A DNA stretch of 64,000 nucleotides. Source: Magallana gigas (taxonomy: Eukaryota). Location of the stretch: positions 39,308,001 through 39,372,000 of the forward strand of contig NC_088853.1 of the NCBI RefSeq assembly GCF_963853765.1, read 5' to 3'. Position 1 is the first letter of the stretch; the number at the start of each line of letters is the position of its first letter. Of the stretch, positions 26,897 to 38,232 are shown piece by piece. The notes under the pieces are model-generated. The model saw nothing but the letters and a program-made list of their open reading frames with translations. It had not been told where the DNA came from and did no database searches. Position numbers and translations under genes: made by a program.

Positions 26897-27288
26897 TCAC
26901 TCGGGATTTGAACTCTGTCTCTTTAGTTCCGCTAGGAAAATTGATATTTCCTCCAAAGTTCTTTGCGCAAAAATGTTCGCACTTTGTCTATCCATGTTTT
27001 CGCAAACATTAATTTCCATCGTTCTCTGTTCATTGATCACCTCACCATCTTTTATAACCGAAACACTGGTCATATTTAGTCCGATTGATCGTGTCACGAC
27101 AACTTCACGAGTATCTTCGTACACTTCCTGTTGATCGTCTTCTTCTTCATCTGATATCATGATGAAATCCATAGATATTTCATCGTTAGAATGAGCAATA
27201 GTGTCACTGTCTTGAAGTCATCTTCATTCTCATCTGACGAAATGTCACTGTAATCCGGGTTTTTAATAATTCTGTCGTTAAAATCCAT
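26897..27288 (-). CDS. Gypsy accessory acidic ORF (one apparent 1-nt frameshift near 27220)
   Basis: ATG at 27288 gives MDFNDRIIKNPDYSDISSDENEDD; a shifted frame gives QDSDTIAHSNDEISMDFIMISDEEEDDQQEV...LAELKRQSSNPE*. The two starts are 116 nt apart, one short of in-frame. Confidence 0.6.
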
Positions 27289-27307
27289 GATTTTTGGAAT
27301 AAACAGT

Positions 27308-27526
27308 TTAAAAACACAAATCAAAATCATTTATCAGCTGTTCATCGTAATCATAATGTCTATTGTGAAAATGTCTGCGCAGATTTTCTCTTCGCTTAAA
27401 AACTCTATCACAAAACATGCACTGAAATAAGTTTACATTTTCTTTGTGTTGATGGTTGAAACGTCTTTTAAAATTATCCAATCTGGTAAAAACAATTCCA
27501 CATTTATCACATAATACAGTCTTCAT
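27308..27526 (-). CDS. Gypsy accessory ORF with two C2H2 zinc fingers
   Basis: MKTVLCDKCGIVFTRLDNFKRRFNHQH ... FQCMFCDRVFKRRENLRRHFHNRH. The ATG overlaps the last pol codons. Finger 1 appears to have H>R. Confidence 0.75.
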   Translation of the reverse strand: MKTVLCDKCGIVFTRLDNFKRRFNHQHKENVNLFQCMFCDRVFKRRENLRRHFHNRHYDYDEQLINDFDLCF

Positions 27527-30500
27527 AATATCTTTGTGGCTTGCGAATGACTCTTCCCCGCATAGTTTTCTTAGGCATACCCACGGTCTGTTGATCACGT
27601 GGTTGGTCAGTTCGAGGAGGATCTTGAATTGGAATACACAACTTCGGGTTTGTCTTTGGCGCGTTAGCTTTTCCCACGCGCGGTGTTTTGGCGGCATCTT
27701 TTGAATTTGAGGAGGGATCCAGCTCAGGCGTGTTGACAGTTTTGCTCGGCATCTCTTTGAATTTGAGGAGGTGTTTCAGTTTTAACTCTGCTGTTTTTCG
27801 TATCTGGAATGATTTTATGTTGTCAGCATGGACAATGACGGGATTAAATTTTCTCGAATGTTTAATTTCAAACAACACATCACTTAATTTTTTCGTAATA
27901 ATCCATGGTCCAGTCCAGTTTCGAGCTAATTTAAGTTTTGTGCCAACAATTTGTTTGGGCTGAAATCTCCGTACAATATCACCTCCGTTATAAGTTTTCC
28001 GCACAGCTGTTTTATCATAATGTCTGTTTTGTCTGCACACTGCTCCCGAAGTTCTCTCTCTAGCGAATTTATGTACAAGCTCCAAATTTTTGCACAAATT
28101 TTTCACATATTTTGTTTCCGATATTTTCTCTCCTTTTCCGATTTCCAGAGATTCCGTTTGTAAATCTACGGGTATAGTCATCTCCGAACCAAACATCATG
28201 CGAAAAGGCGTAATTACAGTCGTTTCGTGAACTGATGAGTTTTATGCCATCACAACACAATCAATATAATCGTCCCAGTCAGTTTGTTTCACATTTATAT
28301 ACTTAGACAACATATCTTAAATTGTTCGATTGAGTCGTTCTACCATTCCGTCAGATCTTGGACGGAATGCAGTTGTTCTTGTTTTCGCTCTGTCAAACAT
28401 AGAGCACAGATGTTTAAACACTAAACTTTCAAACTGTACACCTTTATCACTGTGAAATTCGTATGGGCACCCGTATCTTTTTATCCAGCCCCGGAAAAAT
28501 ACATTAGCTATCGTTTTTGCTTCCATATTTGGTATCGGAAATATTTCCGCAAATTTACTGAAATAATCCGATATAACTAAAATGTACACATTATCAATTG
28601 CGGTATTAGGAAATGGTCCTGCTATATCTGCTGCAACTCTTTCAAATCTTCCACCAACGGTATAGGTTTCCATATAATGTCGTCTTTTTCTTCCAGGATT
28701 TTTCCGTTCTTCACATACTTCACAGGACTTCACATAATCACGAACATTTTGTCTCATCCCCGGCCAATAATATGATGAAAAGGAAGCTCTTTGCTGCGTT
28801 CTGTAAATTCCCATATGTCCTGAGGTAGGCGCATCGTGTAAATACCACATTACATCCTCGCGAAGTCTATTCGGAGTACAAATACGTAGTCTATTTTCAT
28901 CTTTTTCTGTCCAAAGAATACACAAAACATCATTATGAATTCGTAACAATTCCCAACGTGCATGCCAAAATGTACACTCTGGGTGTAAATGTGAAATGTC
29001 CTGGTACGAGGGTTTGTCTTTTCCCATTTTAAGCAACTTTAAAATAGGAAATATTCCGTCATCATTCTCTTGTGCCTTACGTATGTTCTCGTACGATAAC
29101 TCGTTTACTGGCATCTCAACACTTATGGCTCGCTTTGGTCTATTTTCCGTGCGTCCTTTCTTCTTGCTTTTTACTTCAGAACAATGGTCCTCACTAAATA
29201 AATTCACAATATTACAAATTATATTTTCTTGGTCACATATTCCACTTTCACTGATATCGTTCCTTAGTTCGTGTACATGCGATTGCTGCTTTCCATCATA
29301 AATGTCACTTAATTTTCGATTGCACTGTCTACAAACTTCTTCACTGTCGTTTGCATAATTTGACGGTAAACGCGATAAAGCGTCTGCATTACTGTGACGT
29401 TTTCCCGGTCGGTGAATAATTTTGAAATCAAACGCCGATAACTGCTGTAACCACCGACAGACTTGGCCATCTGGATCTCTAAACCTATGTAACCAGGTTA
29501 AGGAACCGTGATCAGTACGTAAAATAAATTCCCGTCCAAGAAGATAATGTTTAAAATGTTTTATAAAAAAAACAACAGCCAACATTTCCTTTCTCGTTAC
29601 ACAGTAGTTTTTCTCATGGGAATTTAAAGTTCGGCTGGCATACTGCATCACTTTTTCTTCACCATTTTGAATTTGTGACAAAACACAACCAATCGCATCA
29701 TTACTAGCATCTGTATCTAGCACAAATGGTCCACCATCTACATCTGGATATCCAAGTATAGGAGAATGTATAAGCTTATCTCGAAGTTCGTGAAAAGCAT
29801 GATCACATTCCGGCGTCCAGTTCCATACTCCATTTTTCTTAGTTAAAGCATGAAGGCACTTGGCTGTTTCTGCAAATCCTTTGACAAACTTCCGGTAATA
29901 TGACATAATTCCCAAAAATCTTCGTAAATCTGATACGTTTTAAGGAAGTCGTATGTTCCTAATTGCTTCTATTTTCTTCGGGTCTGTGTGCACACCATAT
30001 CTTGAAACTACATGTCCCAGAAATTCTACTTCCTGTCTGAAGAAAAAGCATTTCGATGGCTTTAATTTTAGGTTTGCTGAGTCCAGTCTGTCACAAACTT
30101 GATTAAGATTTTCTAAATGTTCTTGAAAACTTTTTCCAAACACAATAATGTCATCAAGATATAAAACAGCAATGTTCCACTGTAATCCACAAAGAGCTTT
30201 TTCTATTATCCTTTGGAATGTCGCCGGGGCGTTGCACAACCCAAACGGCATGACGCTATATTGATATAGTCCTCCTCTGGGAGTCGCAAATGCTGTTTTC
30301 TCCTTATCTCTCTCCGACATCTGTACTTGATGATACGCCATGTTTAAGTCTAGGGAGGTAAACCACATCGATCCAACTAAAGCGTCCAAGTTGTCATCTA
30401 TTCTTGGTATTGGATATGCGTCCTTTATCGTTCTCGAATTGAGTCTTCGATAATCCACACATACGCGCCATGTTTTGTCTTTCTTTTGCACCAAAACAAG

Positions 30501-31697
30501 CTGAGATGACCACGGACTATGGGATTTTTCTATTATTCCCAAGTCCTCCAATTTCTGAATCTCATTATCCAGAATATCACGCTTGAATAAAGGCATGTTC
30601 CGCGATGCCTCCTTGAAAGGTAGTTCGTCATTCAGAACAATATGATGTTCTCCTAAAGTTGTCTGTTCTAAGCGTCTATTAGGATCAGCAAATGTAGCAA
30701 CGCGTTTCTGCAGAAACTTCTTAAATAAACTTGCCTCTTGATCAGAGAGGTAAATCCGACCTTTTTCATACACAGGAATTAAATGAGCAGGTAATTCCTT
30801 TGGATTCTTTTCCTCCACTAAATAAACTTCCTCTGAATTCAGGCGTTCACTATTAGAAACTTTAATAACAGGAGAAAATATTGCTATTCTAGCATTTTGT
30901 TTTACTGTCACTTCTGCTCTTCCCAGATTAAACAATCTTAAATATCCGTTAAATGTTCTTGTGTTTAACAGAGTTCTTGCAACCAGCAACTTATGTTTAT
31001 GCAGAAAATCTGATAACACAACTGGTATTCCTTCACTGTTCTCCGGGTAAGTGAATTCCGTTTGGATAACAACTTCGTGTCCTGGTGGCGCAGAAATGTC
31101 CTGACTTGCTATTATCCAGTTGGTACGTCTAAGACAAGCATTATTACCAAGAACTTTAACAAACAATCCCCCATTCTCATGATCCCAATTACATCTAAAA
31201 TATGAATAAAAATCTGCTCCTAATAAATTCTGAGAAACTCTACCAACGAATACCCTTAAATCCGTTTCAAAATCATCAAAGTTTAACGGCATATGCGCTG
31301 TTCCTAGTACATATAAATCTTGGCCACTTGCAGTCACAAACTTCTTTCTTGCTGGCTCCAGCACTGGTCGATTTTCTGGAGGAATTTTATTAAATATATC
31401 TTCTGCTATGAAGGTATTTTTCGCTCCAGTGTCTACCTTCCACGTAACAAATGTACCTTGTATCAGTCCATCAACGTAGAATCCTATCTTGTTTTTACTT
31501 GCATTTATTTTATAACAAGATGGGAAATCTTCAGATTCTTCTGTCACATCTCTTCCATTTTCATCATCAACGAGTTTGTCATTAGTTGTGGTTCTTTGAT
31601 AATTAGAAGATGAAGAATCGTTATCAGAATTAGCACCAGGCCAGTCTATGTAGCCGTCCGACGCATGGCCTACTGCCTCGGCGGCGCGTCTTTTCCC
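27507..31697 (-). pseudogene. pol: Gypsy pol (protease, RT, RNase H, integrase) with three in-frame TAA stops
   Basis: Motifs KVDTGA, YLDDII, LDTDAS, HDAPTSGH...CEVC and DIAGP...HSDKG...VERLN. One reading frame, interrupted at 29940-29942, 28317-28319 and 28242-28244. Confidence 0.93.
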
Positions 31698-32932
31698 TGA
31701 GGAACTGCTCCGCCATTCTCCCTCCTTGCAACTGAATTTGTACTAGGACATTGATTTCTCAAATGACTTAATGATCCACAGGTATAACATCTCTTTCTGG
31801 TGTTATAATTCTTTCCATTTTGATAACTTTTATCAATTCCACGGGATAGTTGTTTTGGGTTGACTGTGTAGATATCCCTTCTAACTGTCTTAGAATTTTT
31901 CAATGACGGTTCCTCGCCTACCCGAATACACTCTTCTTGCATGGCTGATGTAACTGCCTCCTGAATTGTTTTCGGCCTCGTCCTCTTAACTGACATTCGG
32001 AACTCCTCATTTTCAGATCAGTTATCCAGAAACGTTTTTAAACTGTTTTCATCGACGCATGCTCTGTTTCCAGGATAAGCTCTTCTGAATAAATCTTCAA
32101 TCACTTGTCCATAATCTCTAAATGTCTCATTAACGTGTTTTCGGCGTAATTTTGCTTCTGCAATGTAACTATCCTTCAGAGCTGTATATCAAAATCTCTG
32201 ATTTAAAGCTTCTGTCAAATGCTGATAATTGCCCATGGTGTTGTCTGGAAGTCCATAAGCATATGTCTCTGCTTGGCCACGTAAAGTAGTTAACAGCACA
32301 CCCCTCTTTCTTTGTACAGTCCACTGATTTAAATTAGCAACGTTCTCAAAATATCTGAAGAATTCAGTCCAGGTAGTCGATCCATCTCCGGAAAATGTCC
32401 TTTTGACTGGAATGTTGACACTACTTTCAGTCTGATTAGTAACTTCTGGAGTTGCCAGAAAATCACTTCTACCTCTTGGAGTCGCACCCCGCACGGAACG
32501 TTGTCGATATCTTCCAGCTGTTCTTCCAGTTGATATCCAGCATTTATACAATACACTAATTAATATCACAAAAATAATCAAAAATATTAACACAATGATC
32601 AGTTCTCGTGTAGCCCACATTACTATTCCTCCAGGAAAGAACTGATAGGCGACATACAACAGAGTTGTAAAAATAGGAATCACTCCGAACCAAAATCCTA
32701 TTAATTGTCCCCATCCTGTTGAATTGCTCACATATGCGGTGCCCTCGGTTGTTGCTAGTTCTGTTTCTACAGCAGGGGTATTCAAATCTTCTCTGTACAT
32801 CGGACACACAGGAGAATCAGCTTCATTGAATTCCTTTAACAAGTTCCGACGCACGGCAGTACGCGGTGAAGATTCCGGTATATTTGTAGTTCCTCGAGGC
32901 GTAGTCATCATGTCACTATTTTCTGGTTGCAT
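31670..32932 (-). pseudogene. gag: Gypsy gag with N-terminal hydrophobic segments, CCHC knuckle and two in-frame TGA stops
   Basis: FSGDGSTTWTEFFRYFENVANLNQW capsid-like motif and CYTCGSLSHLRNQC. Stops at 32189-32191 and about 32018-32020 with frame preserved. Confidence 0.85.
31691..31697 (-). promoter_or_regulatory. Putative -1 ribosomal frameshift slippery site G GGA AAA
   Basis: X XXY YYZ heptamer in gag frame (CAG GGA AAA). The -1 frame is open and continuous with pol. A downstream GC-rich segment has GACGC...GCGTC pairing potential. Confidence 0.6.
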
Positions 32933-33048
32933 ATGCAACAAACAAAGTAAAACAACATGAGTCACTAAAACAGCACTTACAAAAATATCCAGCTTGCTAA
33001 GTTCTACTACTATTCAAACAACTAAATCTAGAAGAATTCACAGAAAGT

Positions 33049-33300
33049 TTATCGGTACGCCACACGTGTTTCTGTAAATGCTTTAATTCTGCAGCCACAG
33101 AACGGACATTTGTAAAATTCACTTTTCTTTCCGATTGCTGTAATAATGTAGTGACGATTCTCGTTGTTCTTGAACATAACAAAACAATTGGGACACTCTC
33201 TTCGGTCACTTACGTTAATTTGTCCAAGGAGAATAAGATTTCCATTTTCTACAATGTCATAATAGTTCACAAATCTTTGTCGTCCTTGATAATCCATCAC
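33049..33300 (-). CDS. Gypsy 5' accessory ORF, putative zinc ribbon (two CxxC)
   Basis: 83-aa intact ORF between PBS and gag, containing ECPNCF...x24...KCPFCGC. Confidence 0.6.
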   Translation of the reverse strand: MMDYQGRQRFVNYYDIVENGNLILLGQINVSDRRECPNCFVMFKNNENRHYIITAIGKKSEFYKCPFCGCRIKAFTETRVAYR

Positions 33301-33414
33301 TATGCACTATGCATTAATAAATCCCTCCAAAAGTAATAATAATTCCACACGTCAAAAGTTAATCAAATAATTTAAAGATTTTCACTTTAATCCATAATTA
33401 CTAATATTAAAATT

Positions 33415-33434
33415 GAATCCCACCGCTGCCACCA
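33415..33434 (-). promoter_or_regulatory. Primer-binding site complementary to tRNA-Leu
   Basis: The plus strand GAATCCCACCGCTGCCACCA equals the 3' end (with CCA) of eukaryotic tRNA-Leu of the AAG/TAG type; it lies 2 nt from the 5' LTR. Confidence 0.85.
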
Positions 33435-33436
33435 CT

Positions 33437-33839
33437 TGTAGCGTTTCTATTTTCTCAACGTTTCTCCTTTTTAAAGAATAAGTCTGCGTGGTTCTCACAA
33501 TTTTAATAAAAGGTAATAATCCAAGAAACATATGTATAAATTCATTCAAAACTTGTGCAATTCTAACCTACTACTCTGCTAGATAAAACCACCCGCACTG
33601 AACTTAAGCCAATCTCCCTTTATATATAACGTCTCTAGAATAACTCCTCAATCACGTGCATAATTCACTCCTAATAATAAAATCAACTCCTCTCTTTAAA
33701 ATAACTCCTCACTATGTTTCATAACAAATACAATTTAGGTCAGAGATGAGGAGTTAATATCAATCAGTAAACAAAGTTCATACGTTAAAGAAAGAAATAA
33801 ACTAGATAAAATTAAAATGAATAATATAACTTTGCTTCA
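33437..33839 (-). repeat. 5' LTR
   Basis: 403-bp match to 26375-26777; adjacent to the PBS. Confidence 0.95.
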
Positions 33840-34379
33840 GTATATTTAATTTATCCGATTATCAATCCAACAAATCTACGGATATATTTTTATCTCCTTT
33901 TAGAAGAGTTCATGATTCTTACCTCTACGTTTTGCGCGATAAATAGCATCCTTTTATTCTGTCGAATCAATGAAGAAAGATAGAGAATATGGTAACGTCT
34001 TTTCAATAAGCTGTGAAGTTGTTAGTGCCTAATTTTGAAACTCTTAAACTAATGACAGAACTGAGGTATGGTTACATCAATCTATAACTGTGTGCTTCAT
34101 GGACAGTTCAAGGTTTAGTAAGTTGACCCGAAAATTATTAAAAAGAGCAAATGACACTCATGGATTTTAAAATGTTCGGGTTAATATTTCATTGTATGAA
34201 ACAAAACGACAACATCGCGCGATTAGGAGCTCATATAATGTAAGGAGTATACCGTCACAACAGCCGTCGTGTGCCCAGTCATCAAGCAATAAAGAACATC
34301 AATAAGTATTTACAATCATTATAAATGGTTTACTCATATCGGGTAATTTTATCATAGGTGTTACTATTAGTGCGTACTT

Positions 34380-34730
34380 CAGCGACGTGAACGCGTTTTC
34401 CTGCTGTTGTCCCCAGATACAGACTGTCCTTTCCGTGTCAAATCTGTCAGCGGCGCTGAAATTACTGAAAAGTTAAGCATCAGTCTTCTATAAAAACCAA
34501 CAAGTTCCAAGAATGACCTAACCTGTTTCTTAGTGGTACATGTAGGTGTTGTAACCTCCTGGATAGCTGCGACTTTCTCGATCGTAGAGTAGGACAACTG
34601 ATGCGACCTCAGCTTCTGACTTGCGTAGAAAACAGGTTTCTTCACTCCATCTACTTCTTGCAACAACACTGCACCAACACCTGCATCTGACTGAAATATA
34701 AATGGTTCATAGTAAACAAAAAGAACAGCC
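34380..34730 (-). mobile_element. Old Gypsy RT-connection/RNase H fragment in permuted order (copy 1 of 3)
   Basis: QSDAGVGAVLLQEVDGVKKPVFYASQKL...YSTIEK joined to VAAIQEVTTPT...KKQVRSFLELVGFYRR...APLTDLTRKG. Confidence 0.75.
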
Positions 34731-34856
34731 CGAGTATAGTCCAATACCGACCAATACCTGAAGTGACAAAATTTTGGCACCGAAAAGGATATGAATAAAG
34801 TAAAAACCAGAGGTACCCTACAGGAAAATGTACGAATAAACTAATTTATTGATTGT

Positions 34857-34859
<3 letters not shown>

Positions 34860-34941
<82 letters not shown>
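34860..34941. repeat. (TA)n microsatellite, about 41 units
   Basis: Direct inspection. Confidence 0.95.
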
Positions 34942-34946
<5 letters not shown>

Positions 34947-36679
34947 GATTTTGACCTAGTTGCGAAAGTTGGCTATCCAATAGCAGTTGATACTTGCAAA
35001 CTTGTATTTTTGTTACTCTTGCTAGCATACTGAATATGAAAAATGATAATAACATGTTTAATATGGCGTTACATACCATTTAAGTATATAAATCGAAGCG
35101 TTGCTGATGTATTAAAGCAGTGATAAGTAGCAAAGCCATGTGAACTCTAATTTATTGCTTGAATCAATGATCATTGTTCAGAGTTTACATTGATACCATT
35201 ACAGACAAATTCTAAACAAACTTAGAACAACAATATAATGAGCTTAATGATCTTTGTTAAGGGGGGGGGAGGCATTCTTAATTAAAATTATGTTCGTTTA
35301 GGTATATTTCAGTCTGAGCTGTGTGATATAAGGGGTGGATCTGTGTGGTTTTTAGGTCAAGTGACATTAGGATATTAATGGTAATAGCGCGGGTTTTGTG
35401 GTCATTCTACCGCTCGTTAGGACGTAGTGAAGATGTAATGGCTACCAGTAAATTGTTATAATAATTATATACGCAATATGTGTGTTCAATATTATGATTT
35501 TGGTGTGTGTTTTTGTAGTGAAATATGTTCTAACGAGCAGCAATCCATATTCATGATTTTGTTATTTTTCAATTGATTCGGCATATCCATACTATATTAG
35601 AGTATAATTATTTTATATTCGAACAAAAGGAGTGAGAGATAATATAAAGTATGTTTTCAATTCTTGAAGGGTGTACTAGTGAATGAATGGTCTAGTAACT
35701 TTCTATACAAAAGCACTGCTCGGAATTCATTATCTTAGAAATAATATATATATACCTCTACTCTAAACCCAAATGATTAAAATCCTGTCCAATTCCACGT
35801 TGTATTTGTGACCATCTTTTATTTCCGTTACAAAGCGAAACGAATGCAGGGACTGCAAAAAATCATGTTTTTTTTATTTATTATTGTGTGACCTACATCA
35901 AATACAGCATTGGTGCTTCTTCAGAGTATTGAAAACACATATATAAACTCAGAGTAAATTTTGTTTTTACTCTGCAAAGCTACTGATGGATGTTTTGCAT
36001 TGCAATGGTCATCAGCTGTTTTGATCACAAACCATCAACAAGAACTGTGAACGATATCATTGCCTAGCCGCCTAACTAAAAGTCATTTTTGATAATTGTC
36101 TAATTAAACTTATTTCTATTAAATAATGTAAACAATAATGTGTGTTTTCGAAAAATATAAATGATTTGGTCGAACAATGAGAGATAACTTTGAATTTTGG
36201 GTTAAGATAGCTAATTTCATAATATCAACTAACGATAGACGGATTTTTTAAAAAAACATCTGAATCAAAAATGCCTTTAGTGTGTTTTATATCTTGTTAC
36301 TAAGTAAATTAGTGACAAAGGATTTGTTTTTTTGGTTTTTTTTTTCTTTCTGTTTTTTTTTTGGGGGGGGGGAGCAATAGTCTACAGACCAAAATGCATT
36401 CTAACAAATGCATCTAGCATTGCATCGGTTCAAAATTTATTTATTTTTTTGTTTATTTTTTTAAAGGGGGATGAAGTCTCTGATTTACAGCCTCTTACAA
36501 ATGTTTTTAAAAGAGCCACTTATAAACTTTTCTTAATGAAGGTAATTGTTCATTTCAGTTATTTTACATCTCATATGTGCATAAACAAGGTGGAATAACA
36601 GATCATCACAAAATGGCTGACCGCTGATCGAAACGGCATTTCGTTTTACTAAAAGGATTTTATGGACTGAAAAATGTAA

Positions 36680-36752
36680 CTTACTCCATTGCCGAGTGGA
36701 TAAAGTGTCGGGCTTGTGATTCATACATTCCGAGTTCGAAACCTACAGGGGC
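36680..36752 (+). other. tRNA-derived sequence (SINE head or tRNA pseudogene)
   Basis: A-box-like TGCCGAGTGG, anticodon-loop-like CTTGTGA and B-box-like GAGTTCGAAAC; no proper acceptor stem. A paralog lies at about 60257-60330. Confidence 0.5.
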
Positions 36753-38232
36753 TTTTGTTGTTACTTACTGAAATAATTATTTAAGGTATTCATTTTTTTT
36801 ACCTTAAACTGCAAAGTTTTCCCCTATTTGACATTTGTACAGTTTATCATTACATCTTTCATTATCAAAAAAATTCCTGTTAATTTGAGTGATTTTTCCA
36901 GGTGTGTTATTCCACTTTAAACCCAATCTCGACAGACGGTTAAATACTGTTGATTGAAGGCAAGAACCCACAGAAGGGAGTACTAGACTCATCGTTTTTA
37001 GTAACAAGTCATGCCAATAAAAATTGCAAGCATTTATAATTTGAGCCAATGATTGTAAATACGAATGGAGGTGGCGATATCTCCTGTTATCTGATGGTAC
37101 AGTTTGTTACGTTTTCCTTGTTTTAAAATAGATATTTGTGGAAACAAAAAGCAATATATTATTTGCGTAAACAAAGTGCCATGTTACTTAGTTGTACAAC
37201 TTTTCTAATCTGTTGATTTTTCTTCCTTGAGGACACAAGTCTCTGGAAAAAACGGCGTCATCAGATATGTTTTTACATATTACCGAAATAGATCAAAGAA
37301 ATATGAATGTGGTGCTGCAAATACCTCATTTTATGTAAAATAAATTATTGTCCAGCATTCATATTAACTGACATGTAAGAATTACCTTTGTTTTACGTTA
37401 TAAAATCAAAATATAATGATAATGTAAGGATTTTTAACGTTATGTACTAAAGCACTATTTGTGTAGCAAAAGCCCATGAATTAATGAAGCAATTTTTCTT
37501 TCCATTCTGACAGAGTACATAATTATATGATTTGGAGTATTGTCACCTCCAAACTTCATGAGCTACATGTACATATTTCTTTATCGTGAGGAATTTAGAC
37601 CAATAAAAAATTGGCAATTATTAAAATGAATTAAAAGTATTTAAAAACTAAAAATAATAAATCAGAAATATTTCGTATATCGATTTCAAATATATTTTAT
37701 ATTGTACGTGTACAATAAAAAGTGTGTGCGTGATATTCAATGTTATACATTTACGGTTTTGGTAAACAATTTTAAATTCATTATTCAGATAAAATCATGA
37801 TTGGCTTATACATTTGATTATGAAAATATAAAAAAATTGTTGAATTTTTATAACGTGTTCTAACATTGAATCAAAATTAAAGTAATAAGCTTTCTTAAAA
37901 TTCAAGAAGAGCAACGGTAAGAAATCGCAATGCTTGCATTATTAGTATTTACTGTTCATATATATAAAAAGGAAGATAAAAAAGTAACACAGAACCTATT
38001 ATGTCTCTCACCGAAAGAAAAATTACAGAAATTCTGCAATTGCATTGGTCTCGAAGAAAAAAATATCATGCAGTCCTATTGCCGGGTTTTTTTTATTCTT
38101 AATCTTCCTTATCAATACTACGCCCCTTTAAACAAGTACCCTTTAACCTTTACATATTTAAACTCACTTCATTCTCTAAATATCGTCAGTTTTTAGAAAG
38201 ATCTGAGAATACCAAGCCTACAGTATTCTAAG

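Larger units (their letters stand above)
26375..33839 (-). mobile_element. Full-length Ty3/Gypsy LTR retrotransposon
   Basis: 403-bp LTRs (33437-33839 and 26375-26777) with TG...CA ends; 4-bp TSD GTAT (26371-26374, 33840-33843), single at the empty sites of the paralogous spacers (about 44823 and 55681); tRNA-Leu PBS; polypurine tract; gag followed by PR-RT-RH-IN. Confidence 0.97.

Noticed and set aside
27688-29301. Plus-strand ORFs inside the Gypsy element
   Set aside because: Antisense shadows of pol with no independent motif.
36680-36752. Functional tRNA gene (Thr-like anticodon loop)
   Set aside because: Acceptor and D stems do not pair and the two copies differ at stem positions, so it is kept only as tRNA-derived.
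37930-38196. ORF MLALLVFTVH... similar upstream of B, C and D
   Set aside because: The frame is broken in the C and D copies; the similarity is explained by the segmental duplication.
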